This document shows, piece by piece, positions 37,685 through 47,509 of a stretch of DNA of 64,000 nucleotides (within the stretch, counting starts at the first letter, position 1; every line of letters begins with the position of its first letter). Where the stretch lies: assembly GCA_023415915.1 (NCBI GenBank), contig JAEZIZ010000096.1, positions 217 through 64,216 on the forward strand, in the 5' to 3' direction. The stretch is from Bacillota bacterium. Its GTDB lineage: Bacteria > Bacillota > Clostridia > Christensenellales > SZUA-584. The notes under the pieces were generated by a model that searched no databases, was not told the DNA's origin, and worked only from the letters and a program-made list of their open reading frames with translations. Made by a program: the position numbers and the translations under genes.

Positions 37685-38799
37685 AGCTCTGCAGCAGCCC
37701 CCGTTATACATGATAGCAGCGCTTCTTTAACTGTCTGTACTTCGTTATCATGCAAGTTAAGAGGGCTTATGTAAACCGCATTCCCGCTTGCCTCGCACCC
37801 TATATATATACCTTTGCGCCTCATGTTTTCTTCCACGGAACGGGCGCTAACCGATTTATCAAGACAAACGAACAACCTCGGGTATGTCTGTCCGACGGGC
37901 CCTCTGTCAACAATTTTCGTCTCAACACCTATCTCGTCCAATGCCCGTTTTATTTCAAGGTTTATATTAATCAACCTTTGATTGTTACTGGCGTGATCGA
38001 GCCCTATATATTCTTTTATGGCTATATAGAGCGCTGCCATTGCCTCGCGCGATACCTTCGATGACCGACATATGCCGTGCGCCGGGGCTCCGAACTTTAT
38101 GCAGTCTGCTATAAGCTCTTTACGCCCTACAATGAGCCCGCTGTCCTGCGGCCCGCAAAGCGTCTTGCCGCCGCTGAATATTGCAAGGTCCGCTCCCATC
38201 CCGGTAATATTCCATAGGTTTTCAACAGGCGGCAGTTGCGCTGCGGCGTCTACGACAACGGGTACGCCTCTTTCATGCGCTATGCGTATGACGTCTTCCA
38301 GCGGCATCGCTGCACGGTCGTACTGTATGTTCATGAAGTAAAATACCGCCGCAGTGTTTTCGTTTATTGCGCCTTTGAGTTCGACTTCAAGCGTCTCATC
38401 CGCGTCCCCTATCATTATTACCTTTGCACCTGCCGCAGATATCGCCTTGTCGTATGCGTTGTGCTGGCAATTCAGTATTATCACTTCGTCTTTGCCGTTT
38501 GTTTCGGGCAGGCGCATAAACCTGTATTCGTCCCCCCTCGAAAGGCAAACCGCCGTCGCAAGCAGCAGTCCGCCCGACGCGCCGTTTGTTATGTAAGCGG
38601 CTTCGTTATGCGTAAGCTCCGCTATTTTCTTCCCGATTACGCTCTGCAGCTCGCCTATGTCAACGAACACCTTTGATATCTCTGCCATGCTTTTCAGGGC
38701 GTTTTCCGACATCCTACTGCCGCCGTAGATCGTGTAGGTATCGTGAGCGTTTATATATGTCCTGATCCCCAGCTCCTCACATATGTTCAAATCCATCAC
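37681..38799 (-). CDS. SelA-like PLP-dependent enzyme, DgaE-type (D-glucosaminate-6-phosphate ammonia-lyase family)
   Basis: 372 aa. GIRTYINAHDTYTIYGGS N-terminus and FSGGKTLCGPQDSG (PLP-lysine block analogous to SelA GGPQ). Confidence 0.65.
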   Translation of the reverse strand: MMDLNICEELGIRTYINAHDTYTIYGGSRMSENALKSMAEISKVFVDIGELQSVIGKKIAELTHNEAAYITNGASGGLLLATAVCLSRGDEYRFMRLPETNGKDEVIILNCQHNAYDKAISAAGAKVIMIGDADETLEVELKGAINENTAAVFYFMNIQYDRAAMPLEDVIRIAHERGVPVVVDAAAQLPPVENLWNITGMGADLAIFSGGKTLCGPQDSGLIVGRKELIADCIKFGAPAHGICRSSKVSREAMAALYIAIKEYIGLDHASNNQRLININLEIKRALDEIGVETKIVDRGPVGQTYPRLFVCLDKSVSARSVEENMRRKGIYIGCEASGNAVYISPLNLHDNEVQTVKEALLSCITGAAAEL

Positions 38800-38801
38800 C
38801 C

Positions 38802-40106
38802 CTATTGTAAGTATATATAATCCTTATGCAGCTGCGCCGCTTTCATCAATATGCTTTTAGCGTTATTAAATCCATGAATCAGAGGGTGATTGAGCAATGC
38901 CCAAAGAGCTTTCTCCCTGCTGTGCTCTATGGCCGCCTCTACCGTGAGCCGTTCATATTGCTTTATCATTTTAACAATCCCTGAGATTGAATCGGGCAGC
39001 TTCCCAAAAGGCAAAGGTTTTATACCACTCTTACTGACAATGCAGTTCGTCTCAACAACGTCGTCATCTTCAAGCCCGTATACCGCGCCGTTATTGCTTG
39101 TATTGACTACCAGCTCGACACCGTCTTCTCCTGTAAGCGCCTCCATGATATTCAGAGCCGCAAAGCTGTACAAAGAGCCTCCCCGGTTTGACAGTTCAGG
39201 CGGCGGAGCAGTTAACGATTCATCCGAATATTTTTCAAACAAAGTATTATTGACCTGTGAAACGAGTACGGATCTTGTCACCTTGTTCTTTTCCCATTCG
39301 TCAATCTGCTTTTTTAACATCTCGTTTTCAAAGTAGTAATATTGCAAATAGGGAGAAGGTATGATACCTAGCTTTTTCGTCAGTTCTCCGACGCCGGGCA
39401 CCTTAGGGATATTCTTCATAATCGTCTCGTTTCCACCTATCTTGTCAAGCACCTCAGGCAGCACGTCCTCACCGTTATACTCTGCTGCGGTAACAAAACT
39501 TAAGTGATTGAGGCCCACGAAGCGGCAGTGCACGAGATCGCTCTGAACTCCCAGTATCTTTGCTATATCGCTCTGCATGTTTACAGGCACATTACATAGC
39601 CCTACGCATTTCGCGCTGCTGTTCTTTAATATTGCCTCCGTAACTATTCCCGAAGGATTCGCAAAATTCACGAGCCATGCGTCCGGGCAAACCTGCTCGA
39701 TATCCCTCGCTATCTGTACGGCAATGGGTATCGTGCGCAGTGCGTTTACAAATCCTCCTGCTCCGGTAGTCTCCTGCCCGATAATGCCGAGATCTATGCC
39801 CAGTTTCTCGTCCGCTTCCCGCGCGGCCATTCGTCCTGCTCTCAGTTGGTTGATAACAAAGTCTGCTCCTTTGAGCGCCTCTTTGCGGTCCAGCGTAAGT
39901 GAAAGCTTGCACTCGATATTTTGCGCCCCGAACATGCGGCGCCCAAACGCTTCGATAATCTTTGCTTCCTTTTTTCCTTCTTCGATATCGACGAGAGCTA
40001 TCTCGCGGATGGGCAGCCTATGCCAGCGTTTTATTATTTCATTGAATATTTCAGGCGTGTAAACGCTTCCAGCACCGATAATAACAAGCTTGTATCCGTT
40101 CTTCAT
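38802..40106 (-). CDS. GH4 family NAD+/Mn2+-dependent 6-phospho-beta-glucosidase (CelF/ChbF-like)
   Basis: KLVIIGAGSVYTPE, GQETTGAGG, NFANPSG, CNVP motifs colinear with E. coli ChbF as recalled. Confidence 0.85.
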   Translation of the reverse strand: MKNGYKLVIIGAGSVYTPEIFNEIIKRWHRLPIREIALVDIEEGKKEAKIIEAFGRRMFGAQNIECKLSLTLDRKEALKGADFVINQLRAGRMAAREADEKLGIDLGIIGQETTGAGGFVNALRTIPIAVQIARDIEQVCPDAWLVNFANPSGIVTEAILKNSSAKCVGLCNVPVNMQSDIAKILGVQSDLVHCRFVGLNHLSFVTAAEYNGEDVLPEVLDKIGGNETIMKNIPKVPGVGELTKKLGIIPSPYLQYYYFENEMLKKQIDEWEKNKVTRSVLVSQVNNTLFEKYSDESLTAPPPELSNRGGSLYSFAALNIMEALTGEDGVELVVNTSNNGAVYGLEDDDVVETNCIVSKSGIKPLPFGKLPDSISGIVKMIKQYERLTVEAAIEHSREKALWALLNHPLIHGFNNAKSILMKAAQLHKDYIYLQ

Positions 40107-40121
40107 TTTCTGTCCCTGTTC

Positions 40122-40937
40122 TTATGGATGTGCTTTAATACTTGCTCCGCCGTCAACAAATATCGTCTGGCCGGTTATATAATTTGACATATCGCTTGCC
40201 AGATACAGCGCGGCGTTAGCTATATCGTCTACCGAGCCGGGCGGCAGAGGTTGCATACCGTCAAGCAGCTTTAAAAAGGCGTTCCGTTGTTCCCCTTCGG
40301 GGAACGTGTTTATCTCGTCCTGTACTGTATCGCTCAATATCAGCCCTGGGCATATGTTGTTTACGCGTATTCCGGTCCTGGCATAATCGAGCGCCATAGC
40401 CCGGGCTGACGCATTCATCGCTCCCTTGGTTGCCGAATATAATGCATAGCCCGGCATCGTCATCTCGCTGTGAATCGAAGAAATATTGATTATGCTGCCG
40501 GCCCCTCTTTCAATCATTCCGGGGATAAACTTGCGGCAGCAGCGCATCACGCTTTTAAAATTCGTCTCAAGCAACTGCTCTATTGTGGCGTCGTCGTATT
40601 CATGGGCAGGCATCCTTTTATTCACACCCACGGTATTTACGAGTATGTCGACGCCTCCAAAATCTTTAATGATATCGTCGCAGACCTTTTCAGTCTGGCT
40701 GCCCTGCGACAAATCGAAAACATATCCTTTCGCCTTATCTGATATTTGTTTTATTTGCTCCATTGTTGAAACAAGCGCGGGCTCGTTTCTTGACCCTACT
40801 ATTATTACTGCGCCCTGCTGCGCAAAAAGCAATGCAATAGCTTTGCCGATGCCCCGCGCTCCAGTCGTTATAAACGCGCGCTTTCCTTCGAGCATCCGGT
40901 TGTAGTCTTTAATTAAAGGTATGTTATTATCAGACAT
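40122..40937 (-). CDS. SDR-family oxidoreductase
   Basis: TTGARGIG, S...YSATK catalytic motif. Confidence 0.85.
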   Translation of the reverse strand: MSDNNIPLIKDYNRMLEGKRAFITTGARGIGKAIALLFAQQGAVIIVGSRNEPALVSTMEQIKQISDKAKGYVFDLSQGSQTEKVCDDIIKDFGGVDILVNTVGVNKRMPAHEYDDATIEQLLETNFKSVMRCCRKFIPGMIERGAGSIINISSIHSEMTMPGYALYSATKGAMNASARAMALDYARTGIRVNNICPGLILSDTVQDEINTFPEGEQRNAFLKLLDGMQPLPPGSVDDIANAALYLASDMSNYITGQTIFVDGGASIKAHP

Positions 40938-41961
40938 TTGGGCTACTTACACTCACTTTCTCGACCAACGTCGTCTTGTATATCTTTTTAATATAGTTAT
41001 CGCTTTTACCGCTCACATGATCGGCCAATATTCTAATACTGTCCACGCCAATATCAAACAGCGGCTGTTCCATCGATGTTATCCCCGGCCCTTGATATTT
41101 ATCCGGAAGTATCTTCTGATTATCAAACCCCATTACTGAAACGTCCTGTGGCACACGTAGTCCCATGTCCAAAGCGGCCCTTATCGCAAAACTCGCAATA
41201 GCGTCATCTGAGCAAAATACTGCTGAAGGCCGATGTCCGGATTGCATCAGCCTCTTCATGCATTCATATCCGCTATGATAATCAGCCATAGTATATTGTA
41301 TATATCCATCCAGCACTTCAAGCCCCGATGAGCGCATTGTTTCCATAAAACCGTTAAAGCGGTCAATAGTAACTTTTTTATTTGGATTACCGCCTATATG
41401 CGCGATTGTACTGTGACCTTTCCCGATGAGATACTCTGTTGCTTTGCGCGCTCCTTCTATGTTATCTATCAATAACTTGTGGCAATTGTTGTTAGGCAGA
41501 TCGTTCTCAACAATAAGGTATTTTACCGGGCAATCTTCCCCCATATAGTGCGCCAGCATATCGTCGCTCATATACGATCCGTACAGCACAACAGCATCTA
41601 CTACCCCTTTGTTGAGGTACTTTATATACTTTTCCTTTACTACTGCGTCTCCGCCCATAATACTGCAGAATATAACATTGTATTTTGTCTGCAGCGCACC
41701 AGTTTCAAATCCTCTGATCAAGTCATAAAAGAACGGATCATGTAGGTTGTTTATTATAACGCCTATAGTTTCTGTCTTTTTCTTTACAAGTGCGCGTGCG
41801 GCATGGTTAGGCAAATAACCAAGATCATCGATGGCTTTAAGAACCTGATCCCTCCGAGCAGGCTTAACGTTGTTGCAGTTGTTTATTACCCGCGATACCG
41901 TCGCCAGCGATACTCCCGCTTTTTCCGCAACATCTTTAATTGTTACAATTCTCTTTTCCAC
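40930..41961 (-). CDS. LacI-family transcriptional regulator
   Basis: N-terminal HTH TIKDVAEKAGVSLATVSRVIN plus a PBP-type sugar-binding domain. Confidence 0.9.
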   Translation of the reverse strand: MEKRIVTIKDVAEKAGVSLATVSRVINNCNNVKPARRDQVLKAIDDLGYLPNHAARALVKKKTETIGVIINNLHDPFFYDLIRGFETGALQTKYNVIFCSIMGGDAVVKEKYIKYLNKGVVDAVVLYGSYMSDDMLAHYMGEDCPVKYLIVENDLPNNNCHKLLIDNIEGARKATEYLIGKGHSTIAHIGGNPNKKVTIDRFNGFMETMRSSGLEVLDGYIQYTMADYHSGYECMKRLMQSGHRPSAVFCSDDAIASFAIRAALDMGLRVPQDVSVMGFDNQKILPDKYQGPGITSMEQPLFDIGVDSIRILADHVSGKSDNYIKKIYKTTLVEKVSVSSPNV

Positions 41962-41997
41962 AATCGACTCCGCTTCACAAATTATTTTTACAATCTA

Positions 41998-43140
41998 TCA
42001 AAACACATAGCGCGCGTCTTTATCTTCACATACCAATCGCATGAGCATTTTTTCGTCGACTTCCACTCCGAGGCCGTTTCCTTCAGGAAGTACATAGCTT
42101 CCATCAGAAATCTTAACCCTCTCGCATAAAACATCTTCTCTATGGGCATGATACGTTGAATCCATCGGGAGCTTTAGTGCATCCAGCGCGCATACACAGT
42201 GGACTATCGCCGCTGTTTTTATACCCATATCCCACGCGCAGTGGTGAGCAAGCGGAAGATTTGCCGCCTCCGCGATATGCGCGAGCTTTACAAGCTCGGA
42301 TATGCCGCCTATCGATTCCATATCAACTACTCCCACGTCCACCGCGTTGAGCTTAATCGCATTGAACAGGCCTCCAGGAATGTAGCAGTCTTCATTGATC
42401 GCAATAGGAACGGTACACCGCTCTCTCAGCGCCCGGTAATGGTCGAAGCAGTTAACCGGCATCGGCTGTTCTACATATTGCAGCCTGCATTCCGCAACTC
42501 CGCTAAGGTAAGATACAGCTTCTGCAAGGTTATAAGCCTGGTTCATATCTACCCTGAAATCAATATTATCCCCGGCTAACTTTCTCATCTCTTTAGCACG
42601 TTTGATATCGTATGTGACGTCAAGGCCTCCCTTGGTTTTGACCGTTTTAAATCCTTCCTGTATTATCTGTTCTATCTTTGAAGCTGTTTGCTTTTCTTCC
42701 ATAATTCCCATCGCGTATGCGATAGGAGCAGCAGGCCGAACGCAGCCGCCCAGGAGTTTATAGATAGGCTTATTTGTTGCCTTTCCCATTATATCCCACA
42801 GCGCCATCTCTACGCCACTAAAAAAATGCAGCATATTAATATCAGGATTATAAAGCGAATCTATACTCCTTTTTATTACGTTTAGGTTAAACGGGTCCTG
42901 CCCTATAATAGCAGGCATCAATGCATCCTCTAATATTGTCTTTGTAAGCCGCAGGGAGAGAATCATATTCATCTCTCCCCAGCCAACGATACCTTCGTCG
43001 GTAGTAACCTTATAGATCGCGCTTGTGGCGGAGGAAGTTCCCACTGCGTCTTTACTACCCTTATAAGGAGCTATGCCCCCGTCTTCTATTGGCTTTACGG
43101 CTACCTTTACGGGATACATTTTTACGTCGGTTATTTTCAT
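41998..43140 (-). CDS. Enolase-superfamily enzyme (mandelate racemase-subgroup-like, putative acid-sugar dehydratase)
   Basis: KTVKTKGG (KxK), metal ligand candidates in DFRVDMNQ / YVEQP / INED, late HHCAWD His-Asp. Confidence 0.65.
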   Translation of the reverse strand: MKITDVKMYPVKVAVKPIEDGGIAPYKGSKDAVGTSSATSAIYKVTTDEGIVGWGEMNMILSLRLTKTILEDALMPAIIGQDPFNLNVIKRSIDSLYNPDINMLHFFSGVEMALWDIMGKATNKPIYKLLGGCVRPAAPIAYAMGIMEEKQTASKIEQIIQEGFKTVKTKGGLDVTYDIKRAKEMRKLAGDNIDFRVDMNQAYNLAEAVSYLSGVAECRLQYVEQPMPVNCFDHYRALRERCTVPIAINEDCYIPGGLFNAIKLNAVDVGVVDMESIGGISELVKLAHIAEAANLPLAHHCAWDMGIKTAAIVHCVCALDALKLPMDSTYHAHREDVLCERVKISDGSYVLPEGNGLGVEVDEKMLMRLVCEDKDARYVF

Positions 43141-43164
43141 GCTCTGCCCCGAAATACTATTAGA

Positions 43165-44271
43165 TTAAAGTGTAATCTCTCTTCCTTCCTTCGCGGAAAC
43201 GAGAAGTGCTTCCACTATCCTTACCTGCTCAATGCCTCCTTCAAGAGACGTTAATGGCGACAATTCCGGCTCGGGATTTTCAAAACTGTCCGCATAAACG
43301 CATACACCTTCATTCCAGTCAAATGCGTTGCCCTTGTCGGCTTCACGCATCACTAACGCGTACGCTCCCGACTCACCGCACTTTTCAACAACGGAGGTGT
43401 AACCGTATTTGGCAAGAAGCGCCTGCGCTTCTTTTGCTTTCTCTTCGCCTTCGTCAATAACAAAGCTTAAGCCCTGCTCGCATTGGAAACCGCCCGTCTT
43501 GTTGAATATGAAGCCGCCTTTCGTAGCTGTGAACTGCAGGTAGTTTTCGCAAAGCCTGTCGATACGTTTTGTCCATTCGGTTTTCAGGCGGGCAGTAAAT
43601 CCTCCCTCAAACGTAAGAAAGCAATCCATGTAGTCTACATCAGAACCTATTACGCTCTTCTTACCTACCGCATATACCTTTTCCACCTTACGGCCGAACA
43701 TGAAAAGCAGCAGGTCGACGGCATGGCTGAACAGGAAATATGCGGGAGAAGATATCGCGGCGTAATTCTTGCTGTCTTTTCCCCATAGTTTCAATGGAAC
43801 ATCTATAGAGTCATCTATCCTGAATTCTCCGTATTCCGGTTTTCCGATAAACCCTTTCTCTATCAGCAGGCGTATCGAGTGGTCAATTGGGTAAAGGCGG
43901 TTCGGGAACAAAACCTTTATAACCGTACCCGATTTCTCGGCGGCTGCTTTAATTTCCATAGCGTCACTTAAATTTGTTGTCAACGGCTTCTCACTTATCA
44001 CATAAGGTATCTTATGTGCGCAGGCCGCTAGCAGCGGCTCCTTGTGGTACGGGTCCTGGGTCGCGACTACAAGTATATCTATTGCCTCGTTATTGAACAT
44101 CTGTTCATAATCGCTGTAACAGTTGGCTCCGTTGGCATCTGCCCAGGCTTTCGCCTTATCAGGCTTTATGTCGCAAACTGCAACGACCTTTGTTGTAGAA
44201 TGCTTGTTAAGACGCTCTGCATGCTGGCTTCCAAGCAAACCCATTCCGATTACTGCACATCTCTTTTTCAT
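43165..44271 (-). CDS. Gfo/Idh/MocA-family oxidoreductase
   Basis: CAVIGMGLLG Rossmann N-terminus, SEKP motif. Confidence 0.85.
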   Translation of the reverse strand: MKKRCAVIGMGLLGSQHAERLNKHSTTKVVAVCDIKPDKAKAWADANGANCYSDYEQMFNNEAIDILVVATQDPYHKEPLLAACAHKIPYVISEKPLTTNLSDAMEIKAAAEKSGTVIKVLFPNRLYPIDHSIRLLIEKGFIGKPEYGEFRIDDSIDVPLKLWGKDSKNYAAISSPAYFLFSHAVDLLLFMFGRKVEKVYAVGKKSVIGSDVDYMDCFLTFEGGFTARLKTEWTKRIDRLCENYLQFTATKGGFIFNKTGGFQCEQGLSFVIDEGEEKAKEAQALLAKYGYTSVVEKCGESGAYALVMREADKGNAFDWNEGVCVYADSFENPEPELSPLTSLEGGIEQVRIVEALLVSAKEGREITL

Positions 44272-44281
44272 AGTTGTTTTC

Positions 44282-45145
44282 TTATCCTTTCACCGATCCT
44301 GAAGTTATTCCTTTTATAAAGTATTTATTACACAGGAAGAATACTAATAGTACTGGCACTGCTATAACCACTGCGGCACTCATCATTCCGCCCCAGTCAA
44401 TAATGAACTGTCCTTTGAAATCCTTAATCGCTACCGCAAGCGTTTTATAGTTTGCGCTATTTGCAAAGTTTAACGCGAACAGGAACTCTTCCCATGTGTT
44501 AAGGAATGTAAATATACCTACGGTAACAAGCCCGGGGGTAGAAATCGGCATCAATACTTTAAATATCGCTTTTATCCTGCCACACCCGTCAATCATAGCA
44601 GCCTCATCAAGCTCCTTTGGTATTGAACGGAAGAACGCCGTCATTGTAAGTACCGCCATAGGAAGGTTTATCGCAATGTTTGTGAGTATATTTACCCGAT
44701 ATGTGTCGATCATGTCTAGTTGAGCATAGATCTTAAACAACGGAATCAGCAGCACAACCGCTGGCATCATTTGTCCGAAAAGCATACTTGTAGATAAAGC
44801 TTTGGAACCTTTAAAGACAAACCTGGCGAACGCATAAGCAGCAAAAACCGAAATAATAATTACACAGGCGGTAGTAACAGACGATATCAACAGACTGTTG
44901 AGAAAAGCCCGCGGTATGCTTGTTTCGAATACTACTCGTTGATAATTTTCGAAAGTAGGTTCGTTAGCAACAAAAGTAGGCGGTAATGAGAATATTTCAT
45001 TCGAAGGCTTTATAGACGACATAAACATCCATATTGCTGGAAACAGCGCAATTATTATAGCAACTGCAAGCACCGTGTATCCTGCGAATGTTCCCGTAAT
45101 TTTACCTGCAGAACGCAACCGTTTCTGCTTTGTTTTCTTACTCAT
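44282..45145 (-). CDS. Carbohydrate ABC transporter permease (MalG/CUT1 type)
   Basis: 6-TM permease with an EAA loop (ELDEAAMIDGCG). Confidence 0.9.
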   Translation of the reverse strand: MSKKTKQKRLRSAGKITGTFAGYTVLAVAIIIALFPAIWMFMSSIKPSNEIFSLPPTFVANEPTFENYQRVVFETSIPRAFLNSLLISSVTTACVIIISVFAAYAFARFVFKGSKALSTSMLFGQMMPAVVLLIPLFKIYAQLDMIDTYRVNILTNIAINLPMAVLTMTAFFRSIPKELDEAAMIDGCGRIKAIFKVLMPISTPGLVTVGIFTFLNTWEEFLFALNFANSANYKTLAVAIKDFKGQFIIDWGGMMSAAVVIAVPVLLVFFLCNKYFIKGITSGSVKG

Positions 45146-46029
45146 TCCGCCTTGTTCCTCCCGATAACAAATTTGTTATACAATAATGCAGCTATTGCTG
45201 TAATAACGAACAGCACCGTAGCGGCCGCGCTGGCTCGTCCCATGTTATACCCTTTAAAGTATGTCCTATAGATATAAAGCGACAGTATCTCAGTTTGATG
45301 CGCCGGTCCGCCTTCGGTCAATATGTATATGAATGTAAATGCATTCATCGTCCAGATTGTTAACAACAGTATTACAGTATTAATCGTCGGGCTGATACTG
45401 GGCAGCGTAACATGCTTGAAAACCTTGAATGAATTGGCACCGTCTATTCGTGCAGCCTGTTTCAACTCATTCGAGACATTCTGCAGCGCTGCTTCCGTCA
45501 TCAGTATAACAAACGGAACCATCTTCCAGACATTGATTATTATCGCGGAGATAAGAGCGGTATCCGACGACGATGTCCAGCTTATGCTTTGCTGTATAAT
45601 TCCAAGTTGCTTTAAAACTTCGTTTATAATACCGAAATCCGAATGGTACATCCATTGCCATACCAGCGCGCTGACGACACCTGGTAATACCCATGGAACC
45701 ATCAAAGCTATTCGTATGCCCGTTTTTCCTTTGATCGAATCCATGTTGAGGATATTGGCCAGAGCAAACCCAATTAAAAACTGAAACGTTACACTTCCGA
45801 CAGTCCACAAGAGCGTATTCTTGATAGCTAATAAAAAGATATTATCTGAGAATAACGCTTTAAAATTATCAATTCCAATAAACGTCAAATTGTTTGTATG
45901 AATGTCGACTTTAAAAAAGCTGATAAACAGTGTATAGCATAACGGTACCAACATAACAAACGCAATTATTGCAAGCGCAGGTGTTATATATAGGTAATTA
46001 CCCAATTTGAATGTACGGGCTCTTCGCAT
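45142..46029 (-). CDS. Carbohydrate ABC transporter permease (MalF/CUT1 type)
   Basis: 6-TM permease with an EAA loop (KQAARIDGAN). 4-nt overlap with the next gene. Confidence 0.9.
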   Translation of the reverse strand: MRRARTFKLGNYLYITPALAIIAFVMLVPLCYTLFISFFKVDIHTNNLTFIGIDNFKALFSDNIFLLAIKNTLLWTVGSVTFQFLIGFALANILNMDSIKGKTGIRIALMVPWVLPGVVSALVWQWMYHSDFGIINEVLKQLGIIQQSISWTSSSDTALISAIIINVWKMVPFVILMTEAALQNVSNELKQAARIDGANSFKVFKHVTLPSISPTINTVILLLTIWTMNAFTFIYILTEGGPAHQTEILSLYIYRTYFKGYNMGRASAAATVLFVITAIAALLYNKFVIGRNKAE

Positions 46030-46061
46030 ATCGGTTCCTTCTTACATAGTTTATTTAGTAT

Positions 46062-46091
46062 TACCCGCCCCTTTTACAAAAGGGGCGGGTA
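46062..46091 (-). promoter_or_regulatory. GC-rich intra-operon stem-loop between the SBP and permease genes
   Basis: CCCGCCCCTTTT / AAAAGGGGCGGG inverted repeat with no following U-run on the coding strand. Possibly an mRNA stabiliser or partial terminator that raises SBP stoichiometry. Confidence 0.45.
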
Positions 46092-46115
46092 TTGACATTA
46101 CAGACTATTTCAGAC

Positions 46116-47450
46116 TCAGCCTGCGAGCAGTTCGTTTACCTGTGCTTCTGCATCCTTGAGTGCTGTTGGGGCGTCTTTAAGCCCCGCAAGAACGGCTTGT
46201 GATTCGTTATACATTATCGTCGTTATCGCGTTCATGTTGATGTTTCCGGGAACCGGCTTACCATACTGAAGCGATTCAAGGAATACTTTCAGTTCAGGAT
46301 CAGAATATTTGGGGTCATCGATAGCATCCCTGCACGCAGAGATCGTATCGCTGAACGTTACCGAAATTTCCGGAGACGCAAGGAACTTAATCCAAAGGAA
46401 AGCAGCATCTTTCTCGTCGTCCGTGCATTCTTTCGTCATGCCGATATTCCATCCACCCTGCTGACACTTGATAGGATATTCCGCCTTATATTGCGGGAAT
46501 ATCGCAAATCCCATGTTTATATCCGGATTAGCTTCGTGTATGGGAGCAAGGTCGTATGATCCGCTAACATACATTCCGAGTTTGCCCTCTGCAAACAGGT
46601 TGCGGTTCGTCGTATTGTCGTTCTCCAGAACGCTTTTCGGAGAAATGCTCTTAAGGCTCGCCCAATACTCAAGAGCTTCCACACCTTGCGGAGTATTGAA
46701 AGCTGCTGCCGTGTGATCCTCATTAAGCAGTTCAACGCCGTTGCTGAACATCAGCGAATAAACCTGAGCTGTTGTATTGCCTGTTCCATATCCGCACAAT
46801 CCAAATCCATAGATACCATTTCCAAGATCCGTTATCTTTTCGCCATATTCAACGAGCTCGTCCCATGTTGCAGGTCCCTTTTCGGGATCGAGACCGGCTT
46901 GAGTGAACAGATCTTTGTTGTAAATAAGCGCCATAACTTCCGTGCGATAGGGTAGCGCATAATGCAGTCCGTCAACTTCAGAAGTCTCAAGCCCGCCTTC
47001 GTAATATGTAGCGTTGAGATCGAGGCCATGTTTTACAGCGAGATCGTCAATAGCTATAAGGTTTCCCATCCTTGCGTAGGGTATGGTCCATGCGATCGCC
47101 ATGTCGATAATGTCCGGAATTGTTCCCGCCTGCATCGCAGCGAGGTACTTGTCTTCCATGCCATCCCACGGTCCGTACTCAAATTTCACATTGATGTTAG
47201 GATAGGTTTCTTGGAACTTCGCGAGAAGAGTATCCATCTTTCCTTCGTTCCAGGTGCCCGTCCACATGGTAAGGTTAGCACTAATCTGCGTAGGGTCATC
47301 TGCGGGTGCTGTAGGAGCACTCTGCTCTGATTTCTCCGGAGCCTTCGCCGATTCGCTTGGCGCTGCAGGAGCATTGCCACCGCATGCCGCGAACATACAG
47401 GCAACCAGCACCAAGGAGATGATGGCAATCAACTTTTTCTTCATTATCAT
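46116..47450 (-). CDS. Carbohydrate ABC transporter substrate-binding lipoprotein (CUT1 family)
   Basis: Lipobox FAACGG, low-complexity linker, ~440 aa typical of oligosaccharide SBPs. Confidence 0.85.
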   Translation of the reverse strand: MIMKKKLIAIISLVLVACMFAACGGNAPAAPSESAKAPEKSEQSAPTAPADDPTQISANLTMWTGTWNEGKMDTLLAKFQETYPNINVKFEYGPWDGMEDKYLAAMQAGTIPDIIDMAIAWTIPYARMGNLIAIDDLAVKHGLDLNATYYEGGLETSEVDGLHYALPYRTEVMALIYNKDLFTQAGLDPEKGPATWDELVEYGEKITDLGNGIYGFGLCGYGTGNTTAQVYSLMFSNGVELLNEDHTAAAFNTPQGVEALEYWASLKSISPKSVLENDNTTNRNLFAEGKLGMYVSGSYDLAPIHEANPDINMGFAIFPQYKAEYPIKCQQGGWNIGMTKECTDDEKDAAFLWIKFLASPEISVTFSDTISACRDAIDDPKYSDPELKVFLESLQYGKPVPGNINMNAITTIMYNESQAVLAGLKDAPTALKDAEAQVNELLAG

Positions 47451-47509
47451 TTTCCTCCCATATATAGAATTAATATTAGGTCTTTTTTACATACGACCTA
47501 AGCTATAAA

